Below the pieces are notes generated by a model. That model did no database searches. It was not told the origin of the DNA and saw only the letters and a program-made list of their open reading frames with translations. A stretch of DNA of 32,000 bases from Candidatus Caldarchaeum subterraneum (GTDB taxonomy: Archaea > Thermoproteota > Nitrososphaeria_A > Caldarchaeales > Caldarchaeaceae). The stretch is from positions 115,476 through 147,475 of the forward strand of contig BA000048.1 in the NCBI GenBank assembly GCA_000270325.1, given 5' to 3'. Of the stretch, positions 23,602-32,000 are shown in pieces. The stretch's first letter is position 1. Each line of letters begins with the position of its first letter. The position numbers were made by a program, and so were the translations under genes.

Positions 23602-23740
23602 CCTCCCATAGCTCCTTCCTCAGAAGGTCCCGCACCGCAGTCCTCATGAGAGCGCTACGGCTCGGATAAACACCTTTTTTAATCAACTCATCCATACCAT
23701 CAATCAGGGCTTCAGGCATCTTAACTGATATCAGCTTCAT
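23591..23740 (-). CDS. Ribbon-helix-helix (CopG/Arc/MetJ-type) DNA-binding protein
   Basis: This gene is not in the ORF track because it is under 60 aa. My translation is MKLISVKMPEALIDGMDELIKKGVYPSRSALMRTAVRDLLRKELWEAKR (49 aa), a classic RHH beta-strand plus two helices. It is divergent from the thermosome gene. Confidence 0.7.
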   Translation of the reverse strand: MKLISVKMPEALIDGMDELIKKGVYPSRSALMRTAVRDLLRKELWEAKR

Positions 23741-23845
23741 ATCGGAGAGCGTATTACCAGAGGGAGTATATATCTATGACGCGGCTCTAAGAAGGGAAAA
23801 CTCTATAAAAAACCACGGGCCGCGCATAGATAGGGTGAATGTAGT

Positions 23846-25501
23846 ATGGCTGCGACAGTAGGAACAGCTACTCAACCTGTTATCATTTTGAAGGAAGGCG
23901 CCAAGCGGATGCGTGGAAGGGAGGTGCAGAGCGCCAACATAATGGTGGCCAAGATAATCGCCGAGACCATGAAGTCCTCGCTGGGGCCCCGTGGCATGGA
24001 CAAAATGCTCGTGGACAGCTTCGGCGACATCGTAATCACAAACGACGGCGCAACCATCCTCAAGGAAATGGATGTCGAGCATCCCGTAGCCAAGATGTTG
24101 GTGGAGGTTTCGAAGGCACAGGATGAGGAGGTAGGCGATGGAACGACTTCGACAGTTGTGCTGGCGGGTGAATTGTTGACGAAGGCCGAGGAGCTCATCG
24201 AGAAGGAGGTTCACCCCACCGTCATCATAGAGGGATATCGGAAAGCCGCTGTAAAAGCATTGGAAATCCTCGACGAAATAGGTGTCAAAGTCGACCCAAC
24301 CAACAAAGATCTACTCAAAAAGGTTGCCAAGACATCGATGATCAGCAAGCTGGTGGCGGAGGAGGCGGATTACTTGGCCGACTTGGTGGTTGAGGCGGTG
24401 ACTAGGATAGCGGAGAAGGTCGGTGACAAATGGACCGTGGACCTCGACGACATCAAGCTGGAGAAGAAGGAAGGCCAGTCGCTCCATGACACAAAGCTGA
24501 TCGAGGGAGTGGTGCTGGACAAGGAGGTTGTCCACCCCGACATGCCGAAGCTCGTCCGCAACGCGAAAATCGCCCTACTTGACGCTGCTCTCGAAATCGA
24601 GAAGACAGAGTTCGACGCAAAACTCAACATCGAGTCCCCCGAGCAGATGCGCGCGTTCATGAAGCAAGAGGAGGACATGCTGCGGCAGATGGTTGAGAAA
24701 ATCGTCTCAACCGGCGCCAACGTAGTGCTGTGCCAGAAAGGCATCGACGACTTGGCGCAGTATTTCTTGGCTAAGAAAGGAGTGCTTGCTGTCAGGCGGA
24801 TAAAGAAGAGTGACATGGATAAGCTGGCGAAGGCGACCAAAGGCCGTGTCATCTCCCGCATCGACGACCTCACACCCGAGGACCTTGGCAAGGCTGCTCT
24901 CGTCGAAGAGAGGAGGGTTGGTGAGGATAAGATGGTCTTCATAGAGGGCTGCGAGAACCCGCGTTCACTAACCATCCTGATACGCGGCGGCACACAGAGA
25001 ATAGTCGACGAGGCGGAGAGGTCTCTGAAAGACGCTATCAACGTTGTTAAGGATGTGATTGTGGAGGGCAAGGTGATTGCGGGAGGCGGAGCATCAGAGC
25101 TGGAGACCGCGCTGCGGCTTAGGGACTATGCAAAAACTCTTCCAGGCAAGGAGCAGCTGGCCGTGAACAAGTTTGCCGAGGCCCTTGAGGCGATACCGTC
25201 CCAGCTGGCGGAAAGCTGCGGCATGGACCCGATAGAGGCAATTGTCAACCTCACCTCCAAACACAAAGAGGGAAACATCAACTATGGAATCAACGTCTTC
25301 AAGTCCGAGCTCGCCGACATGAAGCAGCTCGACGTGCTAGACCCACTGCTCGTCAAGAAGCAGACCATCAAGTCCGCCGTCGAAGCAGCCGCCATGATTC
25401 TGAAGATTGACGACATCATAGCAGCCTCCAGGCTGGAGACGCCAGGAGCAGGTAAGAAAGGGGAGAAGGAAGAAGGCGGAGTTGGCGAGTCAGAAGACTG
25501 A
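23846..25501 (+). CDS. ths: Thermosome subunit (group II chaperonin)
   Basis: 551 aa with [24 protein letters not shown] and IAGGGASE motifs and an acidic C-terminal tail. Confidence 0.95.
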   Translation: MAATVGTATQPVIILKEGAKRMRGREVQSANIMVAKIIAETMKSSLGPRGMDKMLVDSFGDIVITNDGATILKEMDVEHPVAKMLVEVSKAQDEEVGDGTTSTVVLAGELLTKAEELIEKEVHPTVIIEGYRKAAVKALEILDEIGVKVDPTNKDLLKKVAKTSMISKLVAEEADYLADLVVEAVTRIAEKVGDKWTVDLDDIKLEKKEGQSLHDTKLIEGVVLDKEVVHPDMPKLVRNAKIALLDAALEIEKTEFDAKLNIESPEQMRAFMKQEEDMLRQMVEKIVSTGANVVLCQKGIDDLAQYFLAKKGVLAVRRIKKSDMDKLAKATKGRVISRIDDLTPEDLGKAALVEERRVGEDKMVFIEGCENPRSLTILIRGGTQRIVDEAERSLKDAINVVKDVIVEGKVIAGGGASELETALRLRDYAKTLPGKEQLAVNKFAEALEAIPSQLAESCGMDPIEAIVNLTSKHKEGNINYGINVFKSELADMKQLDVLDPLLVKKQTIKSAVEAAAMILKIDDIIAASRLETPGAGKKGEKEEGGVGESED

Positions 25502-25739
25502 AGCAAAAACGGCCCAGCTCCGCCTAACAAAATATGAAAAAGCCCGCATCATAGGCGGCCGGGCCCTGCAACTTTCTCTTGGCGCATTTCCCCTAGTGGA
25601 GGTGCGGCCGGGTGAGAGCAACATCGACATAGCCAAACGCGAGTTTGAACGCGGTGTTCTCCCCATCATTATTCGTCGGAAAAGGTTTGACGGAAGCTAT
25701 GTCGACATTCCACTTAAGGAGCTGCTGGGAAATGAGTGA
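25482..25739 (+). CDS. rpoK: DNA-directed RNA polymerase subunit K (Rpo6)
   Basis: 85 aa. [25 protein letters not shown] is the conserved RPB6/omega core. A TTG start overlaps the thermosome 3' end by 20 nt, and there is no in-frame ATG upstream of the core. Confidence 0.85.
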   Translation: MASQKTEAKTAQLRLTKYEKARIIGGRALQLSLGAFPLVEVRPGESNIDIAKREFERGVLPIIIRRKRFDGSYVDIPLKELLGNE

Positions 25740-25929
25740 TGCTGAGGAGCGGGGATGGAGAGACGCGTTCATACTCTTGGTAGCCGTTGCTCTTGTCCTG
25801 TTTACTCTTGATGTATTGCTGGGGTTCCAGCTAACTTTTCAGTTTTTATTTTTCGCTGTGTATTTCCCGATTTTCTTTTCAGGAGCAGTCTACATGTTTA
25901 AGCGCTTGAGGAGATTGCGCAGGTATTAG
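25732..25929 (+). CDS. Small two-TM membrane protein
   Basis: This is the internal ATG of ORF 25645..25929, giving [26 protein letters not shown]...FFAVYFPIFFSGAVYMF KRLRRLRRY. It overlaps the rpoK stop (ATGAGTGA). Confidence 0.4.
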   Translation: MSDAEERGWRDAFILLVAVALVLFTLDVLLGFQLTFQFLFFAVYFPIFFSGAVYMFKRLRRLRRY

Positions 25930-26006
25930 CTACAAGATTCTGTGGTAATAAGAATGTGCAGATAGACAAACAGCGATAAAAGAGAGCAGTTTTTCTTGTT
26001 GAGCAG

Positions 26007-27101
26007 ATGTTCCGCAGCGGGGTAAAAGACCTTAGGGGGTGGAGTGGAAAAGCAGCGCGTTTCCACTACAATAGGTCGCGTGAAATAATCAACGAAGTTG
26101 TCCACTCCTTCCTCAACATCTACGGCCCCGACGAGCTTGTCCAAGGCTTTGCGGAACCCTTCTTCACAGACTTCGTCATAACAGCGGCGGGATTGGATGA
26201 GACATCAGCGGACTCAACCCTCTACATGGGCTCCATGCTGAAAGAGGTTATCAGCCCACGCGACGGCGCCGCGGTTCTGGGCGGCAGGTTCGCGACAAGG
26301 TTCCGCATCCCGAATGAGTTGCCAGAGGTGGCGAAGCTTTTCGGGTTCTCGGAGACGATGGTTGAGCGGCTGCTTTACTGCAGCAGAATGGTTGCTAAAA
26401 CAGATAGTGTGGCTCTGCAGGACGGCTTCGACCTATATTTTCACATGATGATTCTGTCAAGCAGCGGCGTCTGGACAGTTATACAGCAAAGCCTAAACCC
26501 CTACACCCAAGCTGTCCGCCGCTACCACTGGTTCTCAGGCCGTGTGAAAAGCTTTGTCGACGAACCTCACACAGGCATAATCTCTGACGAAATTAGGCAA
26601 CGTGTTCTTGACATGACAGCTAAGACCAGCAGCGAGTCAAGACGCGCTTCTCTCGAGGTTCTTGAGAGAGAGGTGTCTAAGCTGCAGAGGCTTCACATGT
26701 TCGGCCGCCTCACAAACCAGACAACTCTCGATGAGGAGGGGAAGAGCGTGGCTGAGTTTCTCAGGCCCATGGAGAGAATAAACTGGACACTGGTCTACAA
26801 GCTCGGGGAGCAGACTCCCAAATCCTACGAGGAGCTACTGGCGGTTAAACAGGTCGGTCGCGGAATCATTCGGCTGCTCGCATTCGGCGTCTACATGATG
26901 TACGGCGTCAAGCCCAGCCTACGCGACCCCGCATACCCAGCCTCAGAATACACCGCCAGATATGACGAATCCTATTTTCTATGGCGTCTACAGCAGCTGG
27001 TGGATGCGATAAAGTCGTCGACGCTAGCGCCTGAGTTGAAGCGCTACTCTCTCCACAGGCTTGGCGAAGTCTTCGGCGAAGGTGAACCTGTCTCGGCCTA
27101 G
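26007..27101 (+). CDS. DUF763-family archaeal protein (divergent)
   Basis: 364 aa. The N-terminal pattern GKAARF...[27 protein letters not shown]...GG resembles the DUF763 signature (GKAP.WL...yG..e.l.rlsdPfwFQ...GGK) as I recall it. Confidence 0.5.
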   Translation: MFRSGVKDLRGWSGKAARFHYNRSREIINEVVHSFLNIYGPDELVQGFAEPFFTDFVITAAGLDETSADSTLYMGSMLKEVISPRDGAAVLGGRFATRFRIPNELPEVAKLFGFSETMVERLLYCSRMVAKTDSVALQDGFDLYFHMMILSSSGVWTVIQQSLNPYTQAVRRYHWFSGRVKSFVDEPHTGIISDEIRQRVLDMTAKTSSESRRASLEVLEREVSKLQRLHMFGRLTNQTTLDEEGKSVAEFLRPMERINWTLVYKLGEQTPKSYEELLAVKQVGRGIIRLLAFGVYMMYGVKPSLRDPAYPASEYTARYDESYFLWRLQQLVDAIKSSTLAPELKRYSLHRLGEVFGEGEPVSA

Positions 27102-28171
27102 GCTTTGCCAGCTATGAAGTCCTCGACCATCTGACGGGCGACGTCGTCAGGATACTGTTTGGGCGGCGATTTCATGAAGTAGGCTGAAGGACCCTCTAGA
27201 ACTCCGCCTATGCCCCTGTCTTTCGCGATTTTTATGCATCTGATTGCGTCTATGACGACTCCCGCTGAGTTGGGGCTGTCCCATACCTCGAGCTTGACCT
27301 CCACGTTTAGTGGCGCGTTTCCGAAAGCAGAGCCTTCAAGCCGTATGTACGCCCATTTGCGGTCCTCGAGCCATGGAACATAGTCACTGGGGCCTATGTG
27401 GATGTTTTCAGCAGGTAATTCGTAGGGTATCAGTGATGTGACGGCCTGTGTTTTCGAAATTTTCTTCGACTGCAGTCTCTCACGCTCCAGCATGTTGAGG
27501 AAATCTGTGTTGCCGCCGAAGTTTAGCTGATAGCTTCGCTCTATCTTCACGCCTCTGTCGACGAAAAGCTTTGTCAATACCCTGTGTAAAATTGTTGCGC
27601 CTACCTGTGACTTGACGTCGTCGCCGATTATTGGGATGTTGTGTTTGGCGAAGATTTCCTGCCACCGTTTCTCCCTCGCGATGAAGACTGGGATGCCGTT
27701 GACGAACCCTGTCCCCGCCACCAAGGCCTGCTCCACATACCACTTGGTCGCCGACTCGCTGCCTACTGGGAGAAAGTTAACCACCACATCCGCACCGGTA
27801 CTCTTCAAAACATCTGCGACATCTACCGTAGGCGAATCATGTTTGACAACCACGTCCTTGAGGTATTTGCCGATGCTGTCATGTGTCATCCCCCTCATCA
27901 CCTCCACTCCGAGATGTGGGACGTCGGCGAACCTGAGCGTGCAGTTGGGCTTCTGGAAAATGGCTTGGGAGAGGTCTAGTCCAACCTTGTTCTTGTCGAT
28001 GTCGAAGGCTGCGACAAACTCGATGTCACCCACATGGTATCCGCCGAGCCTTGGATGCATGAGACCCGGAACAAAGGCGTTGTCGTCCACATCTTTGTAA
28101 AAATACACCCCCTGAACAAGCGCCGAAGCACAGTTACCGACACCAATTATGGCCGTCTTAATCTTGGGCAT
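27098..28171 (-). CDS. ino1: myo-Inositol-1-phosphate synthase (archaeal type)
   Basis: 357 aa with an N-terminal [13 protein letters not shown] Rossmann motif and a central [17 protein letters not shown]...NFGGNTDF. Confidence 0.85.
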   Translation of the reverse strand: MPKIKTAIIGVGNCASALVQGVYFYKDVDDNAFVPGLMHPRLGGYHVGDIEFVAAFDIDKNKVGLDLSQAIFQKPNCTLRFADVPHLGVEVMRGMTHDSIGKYLKDVVVKHDSPTVDVADVLKSTGADVVVNFLPVGSESATKWYVEQALVAGTGFVNGIPVFIAREKRWQEIFAKHNIPIIGDDVKSQVGATILHRVLTKLFVDRGVKIERSYQLNFGGNTDFLNMLERERLQSKKISKTQAVTSLIPYELPAENIHIGPSDYVPWLEDRKWAYIRLEGSAFGNAPLNVEVKLEVWDSPNSAGVVIDAIRCIKIAKDRGIGGVLEGPSAYFMKSPPKQYPDDVARQMVEDFIAGKA

Positions 28172-28221
28172 GTTTGCTATTTGTTTGGGGGCTCTAAATA
28201 CTTTACGCTGATAAAATAGCC

Positions 28222-28539
28222 TCAGGCCAGCCGAGAAACCAGCTCTTCTAAAAACGTCTTCGCCTTCTTCAAGGTATCCTTGCCTCTTGGAGTTAGCGTG
28301 TAGTATCGCCGCGAGGGCCCCCTACTGCTTTTCGACTCCTCGGCCACCTTGATCAAGCCCGCTCTCTCCAGTCTATAGAGTACAACGTAGGAGGTTACTT
28401 CTCCGGGTTTGAAGCCGAATTCTTTCTCGATCAAGTTTCTGATTTCGTATCCATACAGTGGCCTTTTGCTCAGCAGGGTGAGGATGTAGAGCCAGAGGTT
28501 TTCATGTGTGAGCTTTCGCACCAGCCTTTCGTAGGCCAT
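28222..28539 (-). CDS. PadR-family transcriptional regulator
   Basis: 105 aa with a winged-helix pattern [13 protein letters not shown]...[16 protein letters not shown]...[10 protein letters not shown]. Confidence 0.85.
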   Translation of the reverse strand: MAYERLVRKLTHENLWLYILTLLSKRPLYGYEIRNLIEKEFGFKPGEVTSYVVLYRLERAGLIKVAEESKSSRGPSRRYYTLTPRGKDTLKKAKTFLEELVSRLA

Positions 28540-28615
28540 CGTGTTTACAGAGGGATGCGTGGATTAAAGGGTTGGCGATAGATAGGTTGATATGCAGCTT
28601 CTACGGTTGCGTTGC

Positions 28616-28765
28616 ATGGTTAAGACGCTTCCTGTGAAGAAGAGGTTAGCGAAGGAGATGCGCCGCGCTTGGCCAACGCCCGCGTGGGTGGTGGCGAAGA
28701 CACGTCGCCGAGTCCGCTCATCAAACAGAAGAAGAAGCTGGCGCCGAGCCAGGATAAAGCCCTGA
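28616..28765 (+). CDS. rpl39e: 50S ribosomal protein L39e
   Basis: This gene is not in the ORF track. My translation is MVKTLPVKKRLAKEMRRAWPTPAWVVAKTRRRVRSSNRRRSWRRARIKP (49 aa). It matches the L39e pattern (K.rLak...qn.p.P.Wv..kT.r.v....rR.WRr.k.k). Confidence 0.85.
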   Translation: MVKTLPVKKRLAKEMRRAWPTPAWVVAKTRRRVRSSNRRRSWRRARIKP

Positions 28766-30739
28766 CTATTCTCCCTTGAACTCTGGCTTACGTTTGGCGA
28801 AGAAAGCCGATACCCCCTCCATGAAGTCTTTGGTGAATAATAGGTCGGCGAAAAACATCCTCTCCATGGCTAGCCCTCTGCTCAAAGGTGCTTCACGGGT
28901 CATGTAGATGAGCTGTTTGGCGGCTCTCACCGCGAGCGGCGGCTGTGAAGCAAGCTTCTCAGCAAGGCTCTGAACCTCCTGCTCAAGGTTCTCCGGCTTG
29001 ACCACCTTGTTCACCAAACCAATCCTGTAGGCTTCTTCCGCGGATATTCGGTTTCCAAGCAAGGTTAGCTCAAGGGCCTTGGCGACCCCTATCAGCCTAG
29101 GCAGCCGCTGTGTGCCACCAGCGCCGGGTATAAGTCCAAGGTTTATCTCGGGTTGGCCAAATTCAGACCTATCGGTTGCTATTCTGATGTCGCATCCCTG
29201 AATAAGCTCGCATCCTCCGCCGAGGGCGTAGCCATCTATGGCGGCTATCACCGCTTTGGGCATCGACTCCATGATGTTCATCAACTCTTGGAAGGCTCGT
29301 AGAAACTTTTCAGCATCCTGTCTTGTCTTGATTTCGGTGAAGGCTGTTATGTCGGCGCCGGCTGAGAAAGCTCTTTCACCCGCTCCCCGTAGAACCACGA
29401 CCCGTGTCTCGCTATCGCTCCAAGCCTTCAGCAACGCATCCATCAACTCCTCAATCATTCGCGGAGTGATTGTGTTGAGGCGATGGGGCCGGTTGAGGAT
29501 GATTTTTGTCACAGGGGGTTTTCTCTCCACTAATATCTCTGTGTAGCCTGTTTCAGCAGCTGCGTATGTATAGAACCCGGCGCCGGTCTTGACGCCGAGT
29601 TTGCCCTGGTTAACCAGCTCCATAATTAGGGGATCTGGCCTGTAGAAATCTCCAAAGCGCTCCGCCGCTTTTGTCAGCGCCGCGGCCACTTTGTCGAGGC
29701 CAAGTTCGTCAGCATATTGGAAAACACCTTTCGGCCAGCCTAGGCCAAGCTTCACACCTGTTTCAACATCATCAAGCGAAGCGACACCGTTGCGGACAAT
29801 CCAAGCCGCTGAGTTTATCGCAGGAGCCATTAACTCCACCAAGTCAACCTTTTCACCAGCTTCCCGCGGAATGCTCGGCCTCTCATACACTCCTCCCCGA
29901 TACTCATAGAAACCTTTACCGCTCTTCAGCCCATAGTTCCCCTTCTCATAGAGTCTCTGAAACTGAGAACATACGGGCGGCGTGTTGGGGTCTCTCTCCT
30001 TGATGGATTTGCTGGCTAGGACGATAACGTCTATGCCTGTGTAGTCGGCGAGCTCAAAGGCTCCCATCGGTAGGCCGAGGCGGTAGCGGAGTGCCGAGTC
30101 GATTTCGGCAACAGTGTAGACACCGTCTTCGACGAGTTGACAGCTGTGGTTGAGAAGAGGCGTCAGTATCCGGTTCACGATGAAGCCCGGCACATCCTTC
30201 CTACAGATGACGACTGTTTTCCCCATCTTTTTCCCTATCTCGACAGCCTTCGCCAAAGTCTCCTGAGAAGTTTTTTCACCCGCTATGACTTCGAGCAGCG
30301 GCATAAGAGGCGGAGGGTTGAAGAAATGCATGCCCACGACTTTCTCGGGCCTGTTTGTGGCTGAGGCTATTTCAGTTATGGGCAGTGTGCTGGTGTTTGT
30401 CGCGAGAATCGCGTGGGCAGGAGCGTTTTGGCTCAACACTTGGAAGATGTTTTTCTTTATCTTGATGTCTTCGGGAGCAGCCTCGATAACCAAGTCCGTG
30501 TCGACAACCGCTTCAGCCAGATTGGTCGATGTCCTTATTCTGGAAAACGCCGCGTCAGCGGCCTCCTTCGTAATCCTTTTCTTCTCCACAAACTTCTCAA
30601 GACTCCATCTTATCTTCTCCAGCCCCTTCGCCAAAAACTCCTCCGCAACATCCACCATCACAACATCAAAACCAGCTAACGCAGCCACCTCTGCTATACC
30701 GTGGCCCATAACACCCGCTCCAACAACAACCATCTTCAA
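28766..30739 (-). CDS. Bifunctional 3-hydroxyacyl-CoA dehydrogenase (N-terminal) / enoyl-CoA hydratase (C-terminal)
   Basis: 657 aa with an N-terminal VVGAGVMGHGIA Rossmann motif and HFFNPP. The C-terminal crotonase fold has FSAGADI, GGGCEL and PEINLGLIPGAGGTQRL. Confidence 0.9.
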   Translation of the reverse strand: MKMVVVGAGVMGHGIAEVAALAGFDVVMVDVAEEFLAKGLEKIRWSLEKFVEKKRITKEAADAAFSRIRTSTNLAEAVVDTDLVIEAAPEDIKIKKNIFQVLSQNAPAHAILATNTSTLPITEIASATNRPEKVVGMHFFNPPPLMPLLEVIAGEKTSQETLAKAVEIGKKMGKTVVICRKDVPGFIVNRILTPLLNHSCQLVEDGVYTVAEIDSALRYRLGLPMGAFELADYTGIDVIVLASKSIKERDPNTPPVCSQFQRLYEKGNYGLKSGKGFYEYRGGVYERPSIPREAGEKVDLVELMAPAINSAAWIVRNGVASLDDVETGVKLGLGWPKGVFQYADELGLDKVAAALTKAAERFGDFYRPDPLIMELVNQGKLGVKTGAGFYTYAAAETGYTEILVERKPPVTKIILNRPHRLNTITPRMIEELMDALLKAWSDSETRVVVLRGAGERAFSAGADITAFTEIKTRQDAEKFLRAFQELMNIMESMPKAVIAAIDGYALGGGCELIQGCDIRIATDRSEFGQPEINLGLIPGAGGTQRLPRLIGVAKALELTLLGNRISAEEAYRIGLVNKVVKPENLEQEVQSLAEKLASQPPLAVRAAKQLIYMTREAPLSRGLAMERMFFADLLFTKDFMEGVSAFFAKRKPEFKGE

Positions 30740-31004
30740 ACTATATCGAGGTAAACTAGTGCGCTGAAATATTTAAATCAACATAGAGGCATACATCCAG
30801 GCTGGCCAAATTGGCCCTAACACGAGTGGGAGGGGCTTGGGCTCGCTCGGGGTATGTTTTAAGAGGTTTCGTCTGATGATTTGAATGTTCACAAGAGTTG
30901 TTGCGATGCTGTGGATAATGTCCGTATAAGCCCAAAAGAGTTTAAAGCAAAGCTACAGAAGACAATTCACTGCTAATGAAAATTTTACGCATCATATAAA
31001 ATCT

Positions 31005-32000
31005 CTATTGGACGTGGAAGACCTTTAAAGCCTGTAGAAGGGCTTCTCTGAAAATTTCAAGCTCTTCCTCTGTGTTGTAGATGTAGAAGCTTGCACGTGT
31101 TGTTGCGGATATTCCGAGATGTGTGTGGATTGGCATGGCGCAGTGGTGTCCAGCCCTTACGCAGATACCGTGTTTGTCGAGGTAGGTTGCGAGGTCGTGT
31201 GGATGTATGTCGGCGAGGTTGAAGGAGACTAGTCCACATCGGTGAAGCGGGTTTTCCGGGCCATAGACCTTCGCATGCCTGATCTCGGACATTATTTCCA
31301 ATGCTTTTGCGGTCAACCGGTGTTCATGCTCCCGCACATTCTCCATACCTATTCTCCTAAGATAATCAACAGCCGCGCCAAGCCCAATCGCGCCGGCGAT
31401 GTTTGGTGTTCCCGCCTCAAACTTCCACGGCACATCATTCCACAGACTATGGTCGAGGTAAACCTCTTTAATCATCTCGCCTCCACCTTGAAAAGGCTCC
31501 ATCTCCTCCAGCAGCTCACGGCGTCCAAACAAAACACCTATGCCCGTTGGGCCCAGCATCTTGTGTCCGCTGAAAGCCAGCAAGTCGCAGCCCATCTCCT
31601 GAACGTTGACAGGCATGTGGGGAACCGACTGAGCCGCGTCCACTATCGCCAAAGCACCATGTTCATGGGCCATGCGGCAGAGCATTTTAGCGTCGTTTAT
31701 TGTCCCGAGAACGTTTGATGCGTGGGTGAAGCTGAAGATGTCGGCGTCCTTAAGCTTCCTGTCAGCTTCAGACAGGTCGAGATAGCCTTGGTCATCGAAG
31801 GGGATGTACTCTATTTTGAGGCGGTTGATTTTGGCGATAAGCTGCCAAGGCACGATGTTGCTGTGATGCTCCATCGTGGTCAGGACAATTTTTCCCCCAG
31901 GCTTAACCCTGTGCAGCCCGAGGCTGTAGGCTGTGAGGTTAAGTGCCTCTGTCGTGTTTCGGACGAAAACAATCTCTCTGCTACTGCGTGCACCGATAAA
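31005..32000 (-). CDS. sufS: Cysteine desulfurase SufS (5' end outside the window)
   Basis: ORF 31005..31874 carries SGHKMLGPTGIG (PLP Lys) and RAGHHCAMP (catalytic Cys). My translation upstream of the listed Met stays open to the window edge, reading FIGARSSREIVFVRNTTEALNLTAYSLG...KIVLTTMEHHSNIVPWQ. Confidence 0.9.
   Translation of the reverse strand, partial: FIGARSSREIVFVRNTTEALNLTAYSLGLHRVKPGGKIVLTTMEHHSNIVPWQLIAKINRLKIEYIPFDDQGYLDLSEADRKLKDADIFSFTHASNVLGTINDAKMLCRMAHEHGALAIVDAAQSVPHMPVNVQEMGCDLLAFSGHKMLGPTGIGVLFGRRELLEEMEPFQGGGEMIKEVYLDHSLWNDVPWKFEAGTPNIAGAIGLGAAVDYLRRIGMENVREHEHRLTAKALEIMSEIRHAKVYGPENPLHRCGLVSFNLADIHPHDLATYLDKHGICVRAGHHCAMPIHTHLGISATTRASFYIYNTEEELEIFREALLQALKVFHVQ

Noticed and set aside
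24370-25071. 233-aa minus-strand ORF, plus 23774..24214, 23872..24198 and 25282..25530, all antisense to the thermosome gene
   Set aside because: They lie entirely within a very confidently identified gene on the opposite strand. The translations are Ser/Thr-rich and low in complexity, as is typical of antisense frames.
30880-30945. TGATGA box (about 30884) as the C box of a C/D sRNA
   Set aside because: There is no CUGA D box at the appropriate distance, no terminal stem and no convincing C'/D' pair.
1-32000. CRISPR arrays, rRNA genes and inteins
   Set aside because: I saw no regularly spaced 25-40 nt repeats, no rRNA-like segments, and no oversized insertions in the conserved enzymes (glnA, pyrG, ilvD, thermosome).

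Overview
This window is a densely packed archaeal chromosomal segment. Archaeal markers include a thermosome, RNA polymerase subunit K, ribosomal protein L39e, a GatD remnant and a PCNA-like fragment, and gene content points to a TACK-type lineage. All calls come from reading the ORF translations and the DNA by eye, with motifs recalled from memory. No database searches were run.

Most of the window is housekeeping:
- glnA, pyrG, tmk, ilvD, pheA and thermosome/rpoK.
- myo-inositol-1-phosphate synthase, sufU and sufS.
- A bifunctional 3-hydroxyacyl-CoA dehydrogenase/enoyl-CoA hydratase.
- Transporters of the MFS, ABC-2, EamA and ArsB/NhaD types.
- A VKOR/thioredoxin-like disulfide-bond pair and one tRNA-Asn(GUU).
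- Two small genes missing from the ORF track, rpl39e (28616..28765) and a ribbon-helix-helix protein (23591..23740).

The one clearly non-housekeeping patch is 14.2-16.65 kb. It holds three broken genes: a gatD 5' remnant with an in-frame TAG, a PIN N-terminal stub, and a PCNA-like C-terminal piece. These surround a roughly 1.2-1.3 kb unit bracketed by a perfect 12-nt direct repeat. The unit encodes a 288-aa protein whose motif order resembles IS110-family (DEDD + Tnp domain) recombinases, but several expected catalytic residues are not visible. It is followed by about 370 nt of heavily structured non-coding sequence. That sequence includes a long stem enclosing a symmetric 21x21-nt internal loop whose two strands echo the flanking repeat. 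This is my best candidate for an undescribed, possibly RNA-guided system, and it remains a hypothesis that needs profile searches and covariation analysis.

A second point of interest is a tightly coupled minus-strand operon at 104..4022. It joins glnA, three stand-alone Lrp/AsnC-type RAM-domain proteins (one fused to a zinc ribbon) and an EF-1alpha/GTPBP1-like GTPase.

No CRISPR array or rRNA was seen.
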